Shown in pieces: positions 49,407-58,305 of a DNA stretch of 64,000 nucleotides. The stretch covers positions 5,995 to 69,994 of the forward strand of contig JAAVBP010000009.1 of assembly GCA_014803525.1 (NCBI GenBank). The letters are read 5' to 3'. The number at the start of each line of letters is the position of its first letter. Position 1 is the stretch's first letter. The notes below the pieces were generated by a model that ran no database searches, was not told the DNA's origin, and worked only from the letters and a program-made list of their open reading frames with translations. A program made the position numbers and the translations under genes. The DNA comes from a bacterium. GTDB taxonomy: Bacteria; Pseudomonadota; Alphaproteobacteria; Rs-D84.

Positions 49407-50617
49407 TATTTTCGCACCACCCGCAAGAATACTTTCTTGCCCTTTTGAACCATATGACTGTTAGCCGATGCGATTTCGGCACGCGGATCCGTTATCTTTT
49501 GCCCATCGATTTGAATCCCCCCCTGCTCTACCATACGGCGCGCCTCTGATTTTGATGTGAATAACCCGGCTGCACACAGGAAATCAACAACCCCCATATC
49601 GCCCGGCATTTCAATTTCAACCATTGGCGCATTATCGGCCGCCGCGCCACCAAATAATGCCGCTGCTGCCGCCGCCGCATCATCTGCGGCCGCGGTGCCA
49701 TGCGCAATCTCGGTCGCGGCATGGGCCAAAATCTTTTTCGCCTCGTTTAATTCCGCCCCTTGCAATGCTGACAGGCGCGCAATTTCATCCAGCGGAATTT
49801 CTGTAAATATTTTCAAGAACTTTTCCACCAAATCATCCGGTGTATTGCGGAAGTATTGATAATATTCATATGGCGACGTTTTATCTTCATTTACCCAGAT
49901 TGCGTTACCAGCAGACTTTCCGATTTTTTTGCCATTGGAATCGGTGATCAGTGATGTAGACAAAACAAATGCCTCTTTCCCTAATTTCTTGCGTATCAGT
50001 TCAATCCCCATAATAGCATTACCCCACTGGTCCGCACCACAGGTCTGCAATACGCATCCATAATTTTTATACAGTGTTAAAAAGTCCACCGCCTGGAACG
50101 TCATATAGTTAAATTCCAAAAATGTCATGCCGGTTTCCAAACGACGCTTTACACTTTCCATGGACAGCATGCGCGGCACAGTGAAATCAGTGCCAAAATC
50201 GCGCAGGAAATCCAAATGCGAATAAGTTTTCATCCAATCATAGTTATCAACCATAATTGCATCCGACGCCCCGTCACCAAAATGAAAGAATTTAGAATAA
50301 GATTTTTTTAATCCTGCGATATTATGGGATAAAACCTCTTCAGTCATCATGGGGCGACCACTGTCACGGCCCGACGGGTCGCCAATACGCCCCGTCGCGC
50401 CACCAACCAACATAATTGGACGATGGCCATATTTTTGCAGCCATCGCATCATCATCACCGGCACCAAATGCCCCACATGCAGCGAATCCGCCGTCGGATC
50501 CGATCCCAAATATGCGGCAATTTTGCCATTATTCAACGCATCATTCAGCGCATCAATATTAGAAACCTGGTTTATAAATCCGCGTGCTGACAGTTCACGC
50601 AACAATTCATTTTGCAT
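49406..50617 (-). CDS. tyrS: Tyrosine--tRNA ligase
   Basis: HIGH motif (DPTADSLHVGHLV), KMSKS-type KIGKS and a C-terminal S4-like domain. The start is set to MQNELLRELSARG, which aligns with the TyrRS N-terminus and has an AAGGG ribosome-binding site. Confidence 0.9.
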   Translation of the reverse strand: MQNELLRELSARGFINQVSNIDALNDALNNGKIAAYLGSDPTADSLHVGHLVPVMMMRWLQKYGHRPIMLVGGATGRIGDPSGRDSGRPMMTEEVLSHNIAGLKKSYSKFFHFGDGASDAIMVDNYDWMKTYSHLDFLRDFGTDFTVPRMLSMESVKRRLETGMTFLEFNYMTFQAVDFLTLYKNYGCVLQTCGADQWGNAIMGIELIRKKLGKEAFVLSTSLITDSNGKKIGKSAGNAIWVNEDKTSPYEYYQYFRNTPDDLVEKFLKIFTEIPLDEIARLSALQGAELNEAKKILAHAATEIAHGTAAADDAAAAAAALFGGAAADNAPMVEIEMPGDMGVVDFLCAAGLFTSKSEARRMVEQGGIQIDGQKITDPRAEIASANSHMVQKGKKVFLRVVRK

Positions 50618-50823
50618 AACATAACCCTTTATCAAGTATGATAATATCAGAGTTTCCGCACCCGCGCAACTTTTTCATTTACCACACGCACATAATTCGA
50701 CTTTATTTCCAGCCCACCACAAATCCCAAAAATATTTTTGTTATAAAAAACGTATTACCACCGTCGTCTAACTTTTTTATGATACGCTTGATTCAAGCAG
50801 CCCCCCCCGAAAACTGGGGATTT

Positions 50824-52380
50824 CTATCTCCATTCAGCCGGAACACTATCATAATCAGACAGTTGAAGGTCGCCATAATAACATTCCCGAACCGCCCAAT
50901 TATCCGTCGGTATATCGGACCAGATTTCATACAACGGCGTGCCGTTTATTCGTGCCGATGGGCCGGTTAAATTTGTGCAATTATAAAATGTTCTAAAAAA
51001 CATTCCGGTAACCGCATCGCCAGATATATTTCCGAACAGATCGGCTGGAATTTCGCCGTCCAGATTATGACAGCCACTGAATGTAGCATCAAACATATAC
51101 GCCGCAGGTGCACCGGTTGGTGTCCCAAACAGCTTTGACGGGATAGAACCGGTTAGGCCATAACAGCCTCTGAAAGTGCTGTCAAACATGCCGTATTGTG
51201 GCGCACCGGTCGGGCTACCGAATAATCCGGACGGAATCTCGCCCGACAGCCCTACGCAGCCCGAAAAAGTATAAGCAAACATAGATACAGCTATATTGCC
51301 CGATATGTTACCGAATAGCCCGGATGGAATTGCATCTGTCAACCCTGCACAATCAGCGAATGTAAACTGAAACATGCCGGTAGCCGGCGCACCGGTCAAG
51401 TCGCCGAATAATCCGGACGGAATCTCGCCCGACAATTTTTCACATCCATTAAAAGTATAGCTGAACATATACCCAGCCGGATTGCCGGACAATTCCCCAA
51501 ACAGTCCTGGTGGAATTTTACCGGATATATTTTTACAGCCTGAAAATGTCTTTTCGAACATTCTGTATTGCGGTACTCCGACCAATTCGCCGAACAGCCC
51601 GGCCGGTATTTCACCGTTCAGTTTTGTACATCCTTCGAAGGTACTGGCAAACATGCCGGCTCTGGGTTGGCCGCGTATACCGGCGAACAGTTTTTCCGGA
51701 ATAGGCCCGTCCAGATTTGTGCAATTTTTAAATAAATTTGCAAATTCTGGCAGTTTGGGGCCGCTATCGGTATTTATGGCCGGGAATATTTCACCAAGTG
51801 ATCCGCGTATTTTCGATATATTCAGGTTCTCGCTAAAAGATATTACTGTGTAATAGTATGCCGTTGCGCGTCCACCAATGCTGATTTCATATTTTCCGGG
51901 CGCATCATACGTGTGCGTATATGTTGACAGTGTTGTATTATGAGGGCGCAGAATTTTATCTTTTTTTCCGTCGCCCCAATCGACCATGAACGTGCCAGCC
52001 GCACCGATAGAAAATTCAAAATCAGATGTATTATCAGTCGTGGTTATAAAAAATTTAGGTTCTATTTTCACCAGACGACTCACTGCCGCGATTGACGCAT
52101 CCGTATCAGCGGCATATTTGGTTGCGTATTCTGTATGCTGATAACCCGTGATTGTGTGCCGGTTAAGTTCTTTGTTCGTTATATCCACCATCCCCAACAA
52201 GTATTCCATATTGGCAGCAATCTTTGGATTTACGATAGCGGGATTATACGGAATCCAGACACCCCATTGTTGCTCTATCAATTTATGAATGTATTCCACA
52301 TTCACCATCTGACCAGCGTGAGTCGGGACACTAAACAGTAACACCATACAACATGTTAGCAACAGACGAATTTTCCGCAC
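50824..52380 (-). CDS. Secreted protein built of about eleven 24-residue repeats (MFxxTFxGCxxLxGxIPxGLFGxxxGxP), reminiscent of BspA/LRR-type surface proteins
   Basis: Signal peptide RKIRLLLTCCMVLLFSVPTHA. GTG start with a GGAGGGG ribosome-binding site. An N-terminal ~200-aa non-repeat domain is followed by the tandem repeats. Confidence 0.7.
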   Translation of the reverse strand: MRKIRLLLTCCMVLLFSVPTHAGQMVNVEYIHKLIEQQWGVWIPYNPAIVNPKIAANMEYLLGMVDITNKELNRHTITGYQHTEYATKYAADTDASIAAVSRLVKIEPKFFITTTDNTSDFEFSIGAAGTFMVDWGDGKKDKILRPHNTTLSTYTHTYDAPGKYEISIGGRATAYYYTVISFSENLNISKIRGSLGEIFPAINTDSGPKLPEFANLFKNCTNLDGPIPEKLFAGIRGQPRAGMFASTFEGCTKLNGEIPAGLFGELVGVPQYRMFEKTFSGCKNISGKIPPGLFGELSGNPAGYMFSYTFNGCEKLSGEIPSGLFGDLTGAPATGMFQFTFADCAGLTDAIPSGLFGNISGNIAVSMFAYTFSGCVGLSGEIPSGLFGSPTGAPQYGMFDSTFRGCYGLTGSIPSKLFGTPTGAPAAYMFDATFSGCHNLDGEIPADLFGNISGDAVTGMFFRTFYNCTNLTGPSARINGTPLYEIWSDIPTDNWAVRECYYGDLQLSDYDSVPAEWR

Positions 52381-52478
52381 TTTTACCCCTCCGCCCCCCT
52401 GCCTAAAAAAAAGGGAGGTTTGTTTTCGTGTAAATACTATAAAAAAATTCCCCGTAAATCTAGTGTTTTTTTGACCAA

Positions 52479-52497
52479 AATTATGCCTAATCGAAAC
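52479..52497 (-). promoter_or_regulatory. Third copy of the ATTATGCCTAATCGAAAC motif upstream of the repeat-protein gene
   Basis: Same core as 48157..48258, same orientation relative to the downstream minus-strand gene. Confidence 0.3.
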
Positions 52498-53081
52498 CTC
52501 CCTTTTTTACGGCATCCTACCCATCACAATGGCCCATATAATAAATAAATTTGGACACTGTTCGTATGATATTTTTTATTTTATATGCATAACTGTGCAT
52601 ATCATTTATTGACAGCATTCAAACACCCCGGTATATATTATCCCTTGCAACAGGATAAAAATATGATATAATTCCTATCGCATCGGCGAGAGTCGATGTG
52701 AGGCATCTAAACCTCTTGCGAACACGTGCCGGGGCACGTTAAATTACCTCTGGCCTTATTTTTGGTTGGAGGGCGATGAAATACACAGAATAAGTCGCGC
52801 TATCTTGTTTGCATAGTTTAGAACCTCCAACCGCTTGATTTTCATGTGGTTATTTTTTTACGTTGAAAAAATACGGCGATATAAAAGATCCCCGTTAATG
52901 GATTCGACGCAATAAAACAACATTATTGGGCATGTTGCTTCTTGCCGTCTTCTCATCTCCAATCACAAAGAAGTAGCTATGCAACATGCCCGACCTATGT
53001 TATTATGCAAACAAAAAAAACAATCTGGCCCGGCGTGGCTACCCCCGGCTCTGGCATAAAAAATGCCGGGCCGCATGGATC

Positions 53082-53507
53082 TTAATACCCCTTGTACAAA
53101 TTATGATGAATAGCATACATCTTTAAGTCTGTTTTCAGATGCCCCGTATAAATCATTCCAAAATTACGCAATGTACGACGCATACTGTATTTAAACAACA
53201 AACTGTCCAGACTTAAACTGCATACGTCACGCAATTGCGATACCAAAGTATTAATTTCAGCATCCGTGGTCGGCGGCACCGGAAAAAACAATGTCCACCC
53301 CAAGCCATATGCAATCGGCATACCGTCAACATTTTTAAAGACACGCAAACGCTGTCCCCGCTTTACGCGTTCAAAATTCTCATTCGGTATTGTCGCCGAC
53401 ACACGTTCACCATGGCGATTCCAAAAATCCAAATATCCATCATAACCCGGCGTTACCACCGCAATTTTATATTGCTTCATAATATCACCCCATAATAAAT
53501 CCGGCAA
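53082..53507 (-). CDS. Hypothetical protein (141 aa)
   Basis: ORF with no recognised motif. A possible alternative start is MKQYKIAVV. Confidence 0.4.
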   Translation of the reverse strand: MPDLLWGDIMKQYKIAVVTPGYDGYLDFWNRHGERVSATIPNENFERVKRGQRLRVFKNVDGMPIAYGLGWTLFFPVPPTTDAEINTLVSQLRDVCSLSLDSLLFKYSMRRTLRNFGMIYTGHLKTDLKMYAIHHNLYKGY

Positions 53508-53572
53508 CCGCCGGATTTTTATAAATTTGCCAGAATGCCATAATCAATTAGCCATCCGATTCCTGGGAAACT

Positions 53573-53670
53573 AATTAGAACGGCCTATCGTAAATTAGTT
53601 AGAATGAGATAAGTGCGCCGTTGCCGACAAGCGTAATGTACAAGACGTACATGAGCGCGTCGGCAACAAG
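53573..53670. repeat. Hairpin repeat element H (copy 2): stem GTTGCCGAC/GTCGGCAAC around the loop ...TGTACAAGACGTACATGAG
   Basis: Same 18-nt core and TTAGAATGAG leader as 41079..41150. Directly 3-prime of tsf. Confidence 0.5.
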
Positions 53671-53686
53671 CAATTGTCCATTATAA

Positions 53687-54556
53687 TTAATTTAACATCT
53701 TGGCGACTTCGTCGGCCAAATTATCCTCTGCCTTTTCGATACCTTCGCCCAGCACATAGTATGCAAAGCCCGCCAATTTACCGCCGGCCTCGGCAACTAC
53801 TTCCTTAACTGTCTTGCTTGGGTCCATAACGAACGGCTGTTCTTCCAGAACGGATTCCGCATACCATTTTTTGATGCGGCCTTCGACCATCTTGTCAACA
53901 ACCTGTTCCGGCTTACCCGCGGTAACCCCAGATTCAATGAATACTTTCTTTTCGCGTTCAACGGCGACCGGGTCAACATCGGCGATTGTCATGAATTCCG
54001 GCTTGTTCGCAGCAATATGCATCGCGATTTTGGAACCGATTTCATCGATTGCCGCACCATCGCCATTGATTGCAACGGCAACACCAATCTGGCCCATACC
54101 CGGCACCATGGCGTTGTGTACATATGTATAAATATGGTCACCAGATACCTTTGCAATACGACGCAGTGTCATATTTTCACCAATCGTGGAAATTGTCGCC
54201 GCGATATCGTCTTTGACCGCCGCCAGTGTAGAATCAAAATCGCCCTTCAGTTCCAATGCCTTGGCCGCAACATTTGCAACCAATTTCTGGAACAAATCGT
54301 TTTTCGCAACAAAGTCTGTTTCCGCGTTCAATTCAACAACGCAACCCAAACCGTCGCATTTTACAACCGTAACCAAACCAGATGCCGCAACACGGCCGGC
54401 CTTGGACGCGGCCTTTACAATACCTTTCTGGCGCAACCAATCGGCAGCAGCCTCAATATCTCCGTTGTTTTCAGTCAACGCTTTTTTACAATCCATCATA
54501 CCTGCGGATGTTTTTTCACGCAGCTGTTGAATCAGTTTTGCTGTAATTTCTGCCAT
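53687..54556 (-). CDS. tsf: Elongation factor Ts
   Basis: N-terminal UBA-like LREKTSAGMMDCKKAL. Full-length EF-Ts. Downstream of rpsB as usual. Confidence 0.9.
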   Translation of the reverse strand: MAEITAKLIQQLREKTSAGMMDCKKALTENNGDIEAAADWLRQKGIVKAASKAGRVAASGLVTVVKCDGLGCVVELNAETDFVAKNDLFQKLVANVAAKALELKGDFDSTLAAVKDDIAATISTIGENMTLRRIAKVSGDHIYTYVHNAMVPGMGQIGVAVAINGDGAAIDEIGSKIAMHIAANKPEFMTIADVDPVAVEREKKVFIESGVTAGKPEQVVDKMVEGRIKKWYAESVLEEQPFVMDPSKTVKEVVAEAGGKLAGFAYYVLGEGIEKAEDNLADEVAKMLN

Positions 54557-54635
54557 TGTTTTCTCCCATCATTAATTATTATTTTTGAAACATGCCGGGG
54601 CGCGCAAATGGACGCCCCATATCGGCACACTTATA

Positions 54636-55487
54636 TTATTTATCCGCCTTTTCGGCCAGTTTGCCACGACGTTCTGCACGGGCTTCGGTCATTTTGGACT
54701 TTGCATGCGCTGCGCGTTCTTTGGCATCGGCTTCGAATTCGTCGGCCGCAGCTGCTTTCATGTCGGATTCGACTTTTTTACCGGCGGCACCGCCCAGACG
54801 CTTTTCAATACCGGACAGGATTGCGTCTACGAACAGGTCGCAGTACAGCTGTGTCGCGCGCGCCGCGTCGTCATTACCCGGCACCGGATAGTCAACCATT
54901 TCCGGATTCGCGTTTGTATCGCAGATTGCGATTGTCGGGATATCCAAAGTTTTCGCTTCGCGAACAGCATTCATTTCGCGCGGAACATCGATTACAACCA
55001 TCGCCTGGGGCGTGCCGTGCATTTCCAAGATACCGCCGAAAATGCTACGCAGTTTTTCAACTTCTTTGGTCATAACACCAACTTCTTTCTTGGTCAGGCC
55101 CAATTTATCGGCGTTTGCAATGTCCGCTTCCATCTTCTTCAAACGACGAATAGACTGAGAAACCGTTGTCCAGTTTGTCAGCATACCACCCAACCAGCGG
55201 TTGTTAACATAATACTGGCCGCAACGTTCCGCCGCGTCTTTTACAATATCTTTGGCCTGGTGCTTGGTCGCAACAAACAGGATTTTACCACCGGCGGCCG
55301 CGATTGCCTCCAGTGCAACCAGACTGCGATGCAACAGCGGTGCTGTCTTATTCAAATTGATGATGTGAATCTTATCCTTGACCCCATAAACATACGGTGT
55401 CATCAGCGGGTTCCAGCGACGTGTGTGGTGACCGAAATGTACGCCCGCTTCCATCAGCTGTTTCATAGTAAATGTTGGCAATGCCAT
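54636..55487 (-). CDS. rpsB: 30S ribosomal protein S2
   Basis: MALPTFTMKQLMEAGVHFGHHTRRWNP. The start is moved to the internal ATG at 55487; the track ORF extends 27 codons further upstream. Confidence 0.9.
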   Translation of the reverse strand: MALPTFTMKQLMEAGVHFGHHTRRWNPLMTPYVYGVKDKIHIINLNKTAPLLHRSLVALEAIAAAGGKILFVATKHQAKDIVKDAAERCGQYYVNNRWLGGMLTNWTTVSQSIRRLKKMEADIANADKLGLTKKEVGVMTKEVEKLRSIFGGILEMHGTPQAMVVIDVPREMNAVREAKTLDIPTIAICDTNANPEMVDYPVPGNDDAARATQLYCDLFVDAILSGIEKRLGGAAGKKVESDMKAAAADEFEADAKERAAHAKSKMTEARAERRGKLAEKADK

Positions 55488-55674
55488 GATTTTATCCTTT
55501 TTTCTGTTGTTATCCTCACCCAGTGCGCTTATGGCCGAAATATACATATACGGACAGAATGTTGGCACATGGGCTGTGTTCTTCGCATAAAATGCGTACC
55601 GCGATCATAGCGCAAGTGCCACAGAAAATCAAGACTTTTTTGACACTTATTTACATATTGACAAAACCGCAATT

Positions 55675-57510
55675 TTGTGTTTATATTTTACACAAAACAT
55701 GTTTATTGTACGCAATATTTTAATCACAGCCACGCTTATCGCACCTTTTGCGACATATGGCGCCACACAAAAAAAATGTGATGATGAAACATATAAGAAA
55801 AGTCATCCATATGAATGTCGAATAACAAATAATTATATGATTGGCGCGGGGATTATTGGCACGGCGGCCATTGCCGCGGGTGGTATGGCGTTCGCCGGTG
55901 GTGGATCAGGTGGCGGTGGCGCCGGATCCGCCCCCGCACCCACCCCCACAATAAACACATATAATTACGTTGGGGCCGATGTGACAGAAGCCCACCTGGC
56001 CGCAATTACAACAGGTGCACAATACACCCAGAATCAAACCCAATATGACACAATACGTCTGGGCTATTCCCTGGCCCGCGGATTTACCGGCAAAGATGTA
56101 AGTATTGCCGTAATGGATTCTGATTCATGGCATGGGCGCACAGTCACCGCCATTGCCGCCGGCCCAATTGCACCGGATGCCACCGTGACCAGATATGCAA
56201 TCGCCGACACAGAAAACACTTTCATGTCATATGCGGAGATCGGTAACATAATCCGCAACGTCGACGCAGATATTATTAACGCCAGCTGGAATTCACAAAT
56301 GCGGGCAACCGATATTAAATCCAGCACCCAGATCGCGCATTTAACCCACATCTATTTCATAGATGGTCTCAAAGCCGCCGCCGAACGCGATGCCATATTC
56401 GTATGGGCCGCCGGAAACGAAGGCGCGACACAATCGGGGGCATTATCCGCCCTGCCCCGGGTTGTTCCGGAATTAAACGGCCACTTTATAAACGTTGTCG
56501 CATGGGATGATAATACAGGTGCATTGGCCGAATACAGCAACGCATGCGGCACAACAATGCAGTACTGCATCACCGCCCCAGGCACAGATATTAACGCGAA
56601 CGGACGCAATGTTTCCGGCACATCTTTTGCCGCGCCCATGGTATCCGCCGCCATTGCCACAATAAAACAGGCATTCCCATACATGACCGCACCCCAGATA
56701 ACAGATCTGTTATTAACCACGGCGCGTGATATCGGCACCCCCGGCGTGGATGCAACATATGGCCACGGTATGCTGGACCTGGAACGCGCAACGCGCCCCG
56801 TAGGCACCCCACTGGTACCATTAAAGGGCGGCGGAAATGCACAATTACAGACCGCACGTGTTTCCGGCACAATCGGTAAAAAGATTAATAATACAGGTTT
56901 AAAATTGGCATTTATCGATGATTACGGACGCGCATTTCAGACAGACCTGCGCAAACATATCAAGATATCAAACTACAGTCGCGGATATGAAATGCTGCGC
57001 CACCCAAATAAACGTTCCGCATCGGCCGGCCCAATTGAATTCGGGTTCCGACACAGCGAATTCTTGGCCGCCGACGGATGGTTGGAAACAGATGCACACA
57101 ATACCATAACCTTTATCGCAGTTAATAAAGAATTTTATATCCCGCATAACAGCAAAATATTTATACGACCCGAAGTTGGATCCGCACACCCACGCGGCCG
57201 CACAGATTCCATCATTACCAAATTTTCCAACATATATACCGCCAACATGTCTGTGGGAATAAACCGTGGTGATTGGACATTTGGGGTGACGGTACCGGAC
57301 ATGATACTGGACGGCAACATGTACATGAATATCCCACAGGGACGTGATGAAAACGGCGATATAATATTCAAAAACATAAAAACATCCTTAACCGGTGACG
57401 CCCCAATTGAATACTCGGTATCATATAAATATATAACCGCCGCATTTGTGGATAACCCCATCGGCACAGACGAATTTTTTATTCTAGCCCGGCGCGCAAT
57501 CGCCTTTTAG
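55675..57510 (+). CDS. Subtilisin-like (S8) serine peptidase with a Gly-rich linker and a ~190-aa beta-rich C-terminal tail (a possible short or truncated autotransporter-like domain)
   Basis: Catalytic triad blocks are VSIAVMDSDS (Asp), WHGRTVTAIAAG (His) and GTSFAAPMVSAA (Ser). Ends in ...AIAF. The probable start is MFIVRN at 55699. Confidence 0.8.
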   Translation: MCLYFTQNMFIVRNILITATLIAPFATYGATQKKCDDETYKKSHPYECRITNNYMIGAGIIGTAAIAAGGMAFAGGGSGGGGAGSAPAPTPTINTYNYVGADVTEAHLAAITTGAQYTQNQTQYDTIRLGYSLARGFTGKDVSIAVMDSDSWHGRTVTAIAAGPIAPDATVTRYAIADTENTFMSYAEIGNIIRNVDADIINASWNSQMRATDIKSSTQIAHLTHIYFIDGLKAAAERDAIFVWAAGNEGATQSGALSALPRVVPELNGHFINVVAWDDNTGALAEYSNACGTTMQYCITAPGTDINANGRNVSGTSFAAPMVSAAIATIKQAFPYMTAPQITDLLLTTARDIGTPGVDATYGHGMLDLERATRPVGTPLVPLKGGGNAQLQTARVSGTIGKKINNTGLKLAFIDDYGRAFQTDLRKHIKISNYSRGYEMLRHPNKRSASAGPIEFGFRHSEFLAADGWLETDAHNTITFIAVNKEFYIPHNSKIFIRPEVGSAHPRGRTDSIITKFSNIYTANMSVGINRGDWTFGVTVPDMILDGNMYMNIPQGRDENGDIIFKNIKTSLTGDAPIEYSVSYKYITAAFVDNPIGTDEFFILARRAIAF

Positions 57511-58114
57511 CACGATGTTTTGAAATACCGTTTGTTTCCATAAATCGGTTAAGCGTATCACGATGGACACGTAACCGCCTGGCTATTTCATATTTGCTGT
57601 TCCCGTCACTTAGCTTTTGCACAATATATTTCTCACGACCGGTTAGTTTGCATGTATTTGCACTGCCACGCGGTCGGCCGACCCGCTTTCCTTCGGCCCT
57701 GATACGCGCCAACGCCTCTTTCGTTCGCTGGGAAATCAGGTTACGTTCTATTTCAGCTGATAACCCAAAGGCAAACGCCAAAACCTTGCTGGTAATATCC
57801 GACCCCAGACGATAGTTATCTTTTATTGTCCATACGGCCGCACCAACATCCATGCAATGGTGCAAAATACTCATAATCTGTAATAAATTACGCCCTAACC
57901 TAGATAACTCGGACGCGATTATCAAATCATCTTTCTGAATTTTCTTCAAAAGACGCCCCAGTTTTCTTTTATTTAAATCGGACACCCCAGATATTGTTTC
58001 TTCTATCCAGCTGTCTATTTTTAGATCATTTTTCTTGCAAAAGCATTGTATTTCAAATTTTTGGTTTTCCGTGGTCTGATGATCAGTAGATACACGAATA
58101 TACCCATATACCAT
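57479..58114 (-). CDS. Small serine recombinase (resolvase/invertase), paralogue of 23407..24003
   Basis: MVYGYIRVSTDHQ. The SKVLAFAFGLSAEIERNLI block is identical to its paralogue. C-terminal HTH. Its 3-prime end overlaps the S8 gene stop by 32 nt. Confidence 0.8.
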   Translation of the reverse strand: MVYGYIRVSTDHQTTENQKFEIQCFCKKNDLKIDSWIEETISGVSDLNKRKLGRLLKKIQKDDLIIASELSRLGRNLLQIMSILHHCMDVGAAVWTIKDNYRLGSDITSKVLAFAFGLSAEIERNLISQRTKEALARIRAEGKRVGRPRGSANTCKLTGREKYIVQKLSDGNSKYEIARRLRVHRDTLNRFMETNGISKHRAKRRLRAGLE

Positions 58115-58305
58115 AATATTAATCCTTTTTGTCTTGTGGCATAAAAAACTTTGCCCTCCGGACGGACGCACACACATACTGTTATAACAGATTGTTTTCA
58201 CTGTGTAATTAGTATTTAACAAAAAATTATCATAAATTAAACAAAAAACTTGTGTTTGCGCAACTGGCATCCTAATATACCAATATTGAATGGAAGGTCT
58301 GTCAT

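Noticed and set aside
54017-55610. Plus-strand ORFs 54017..55075 (352 aa) and 54585..55610 (341 aa)
   Set aside because: They are antisense to tsf and rpsB, with a Cys/Arg/His-rich composition typical of antisense frames of real genes.
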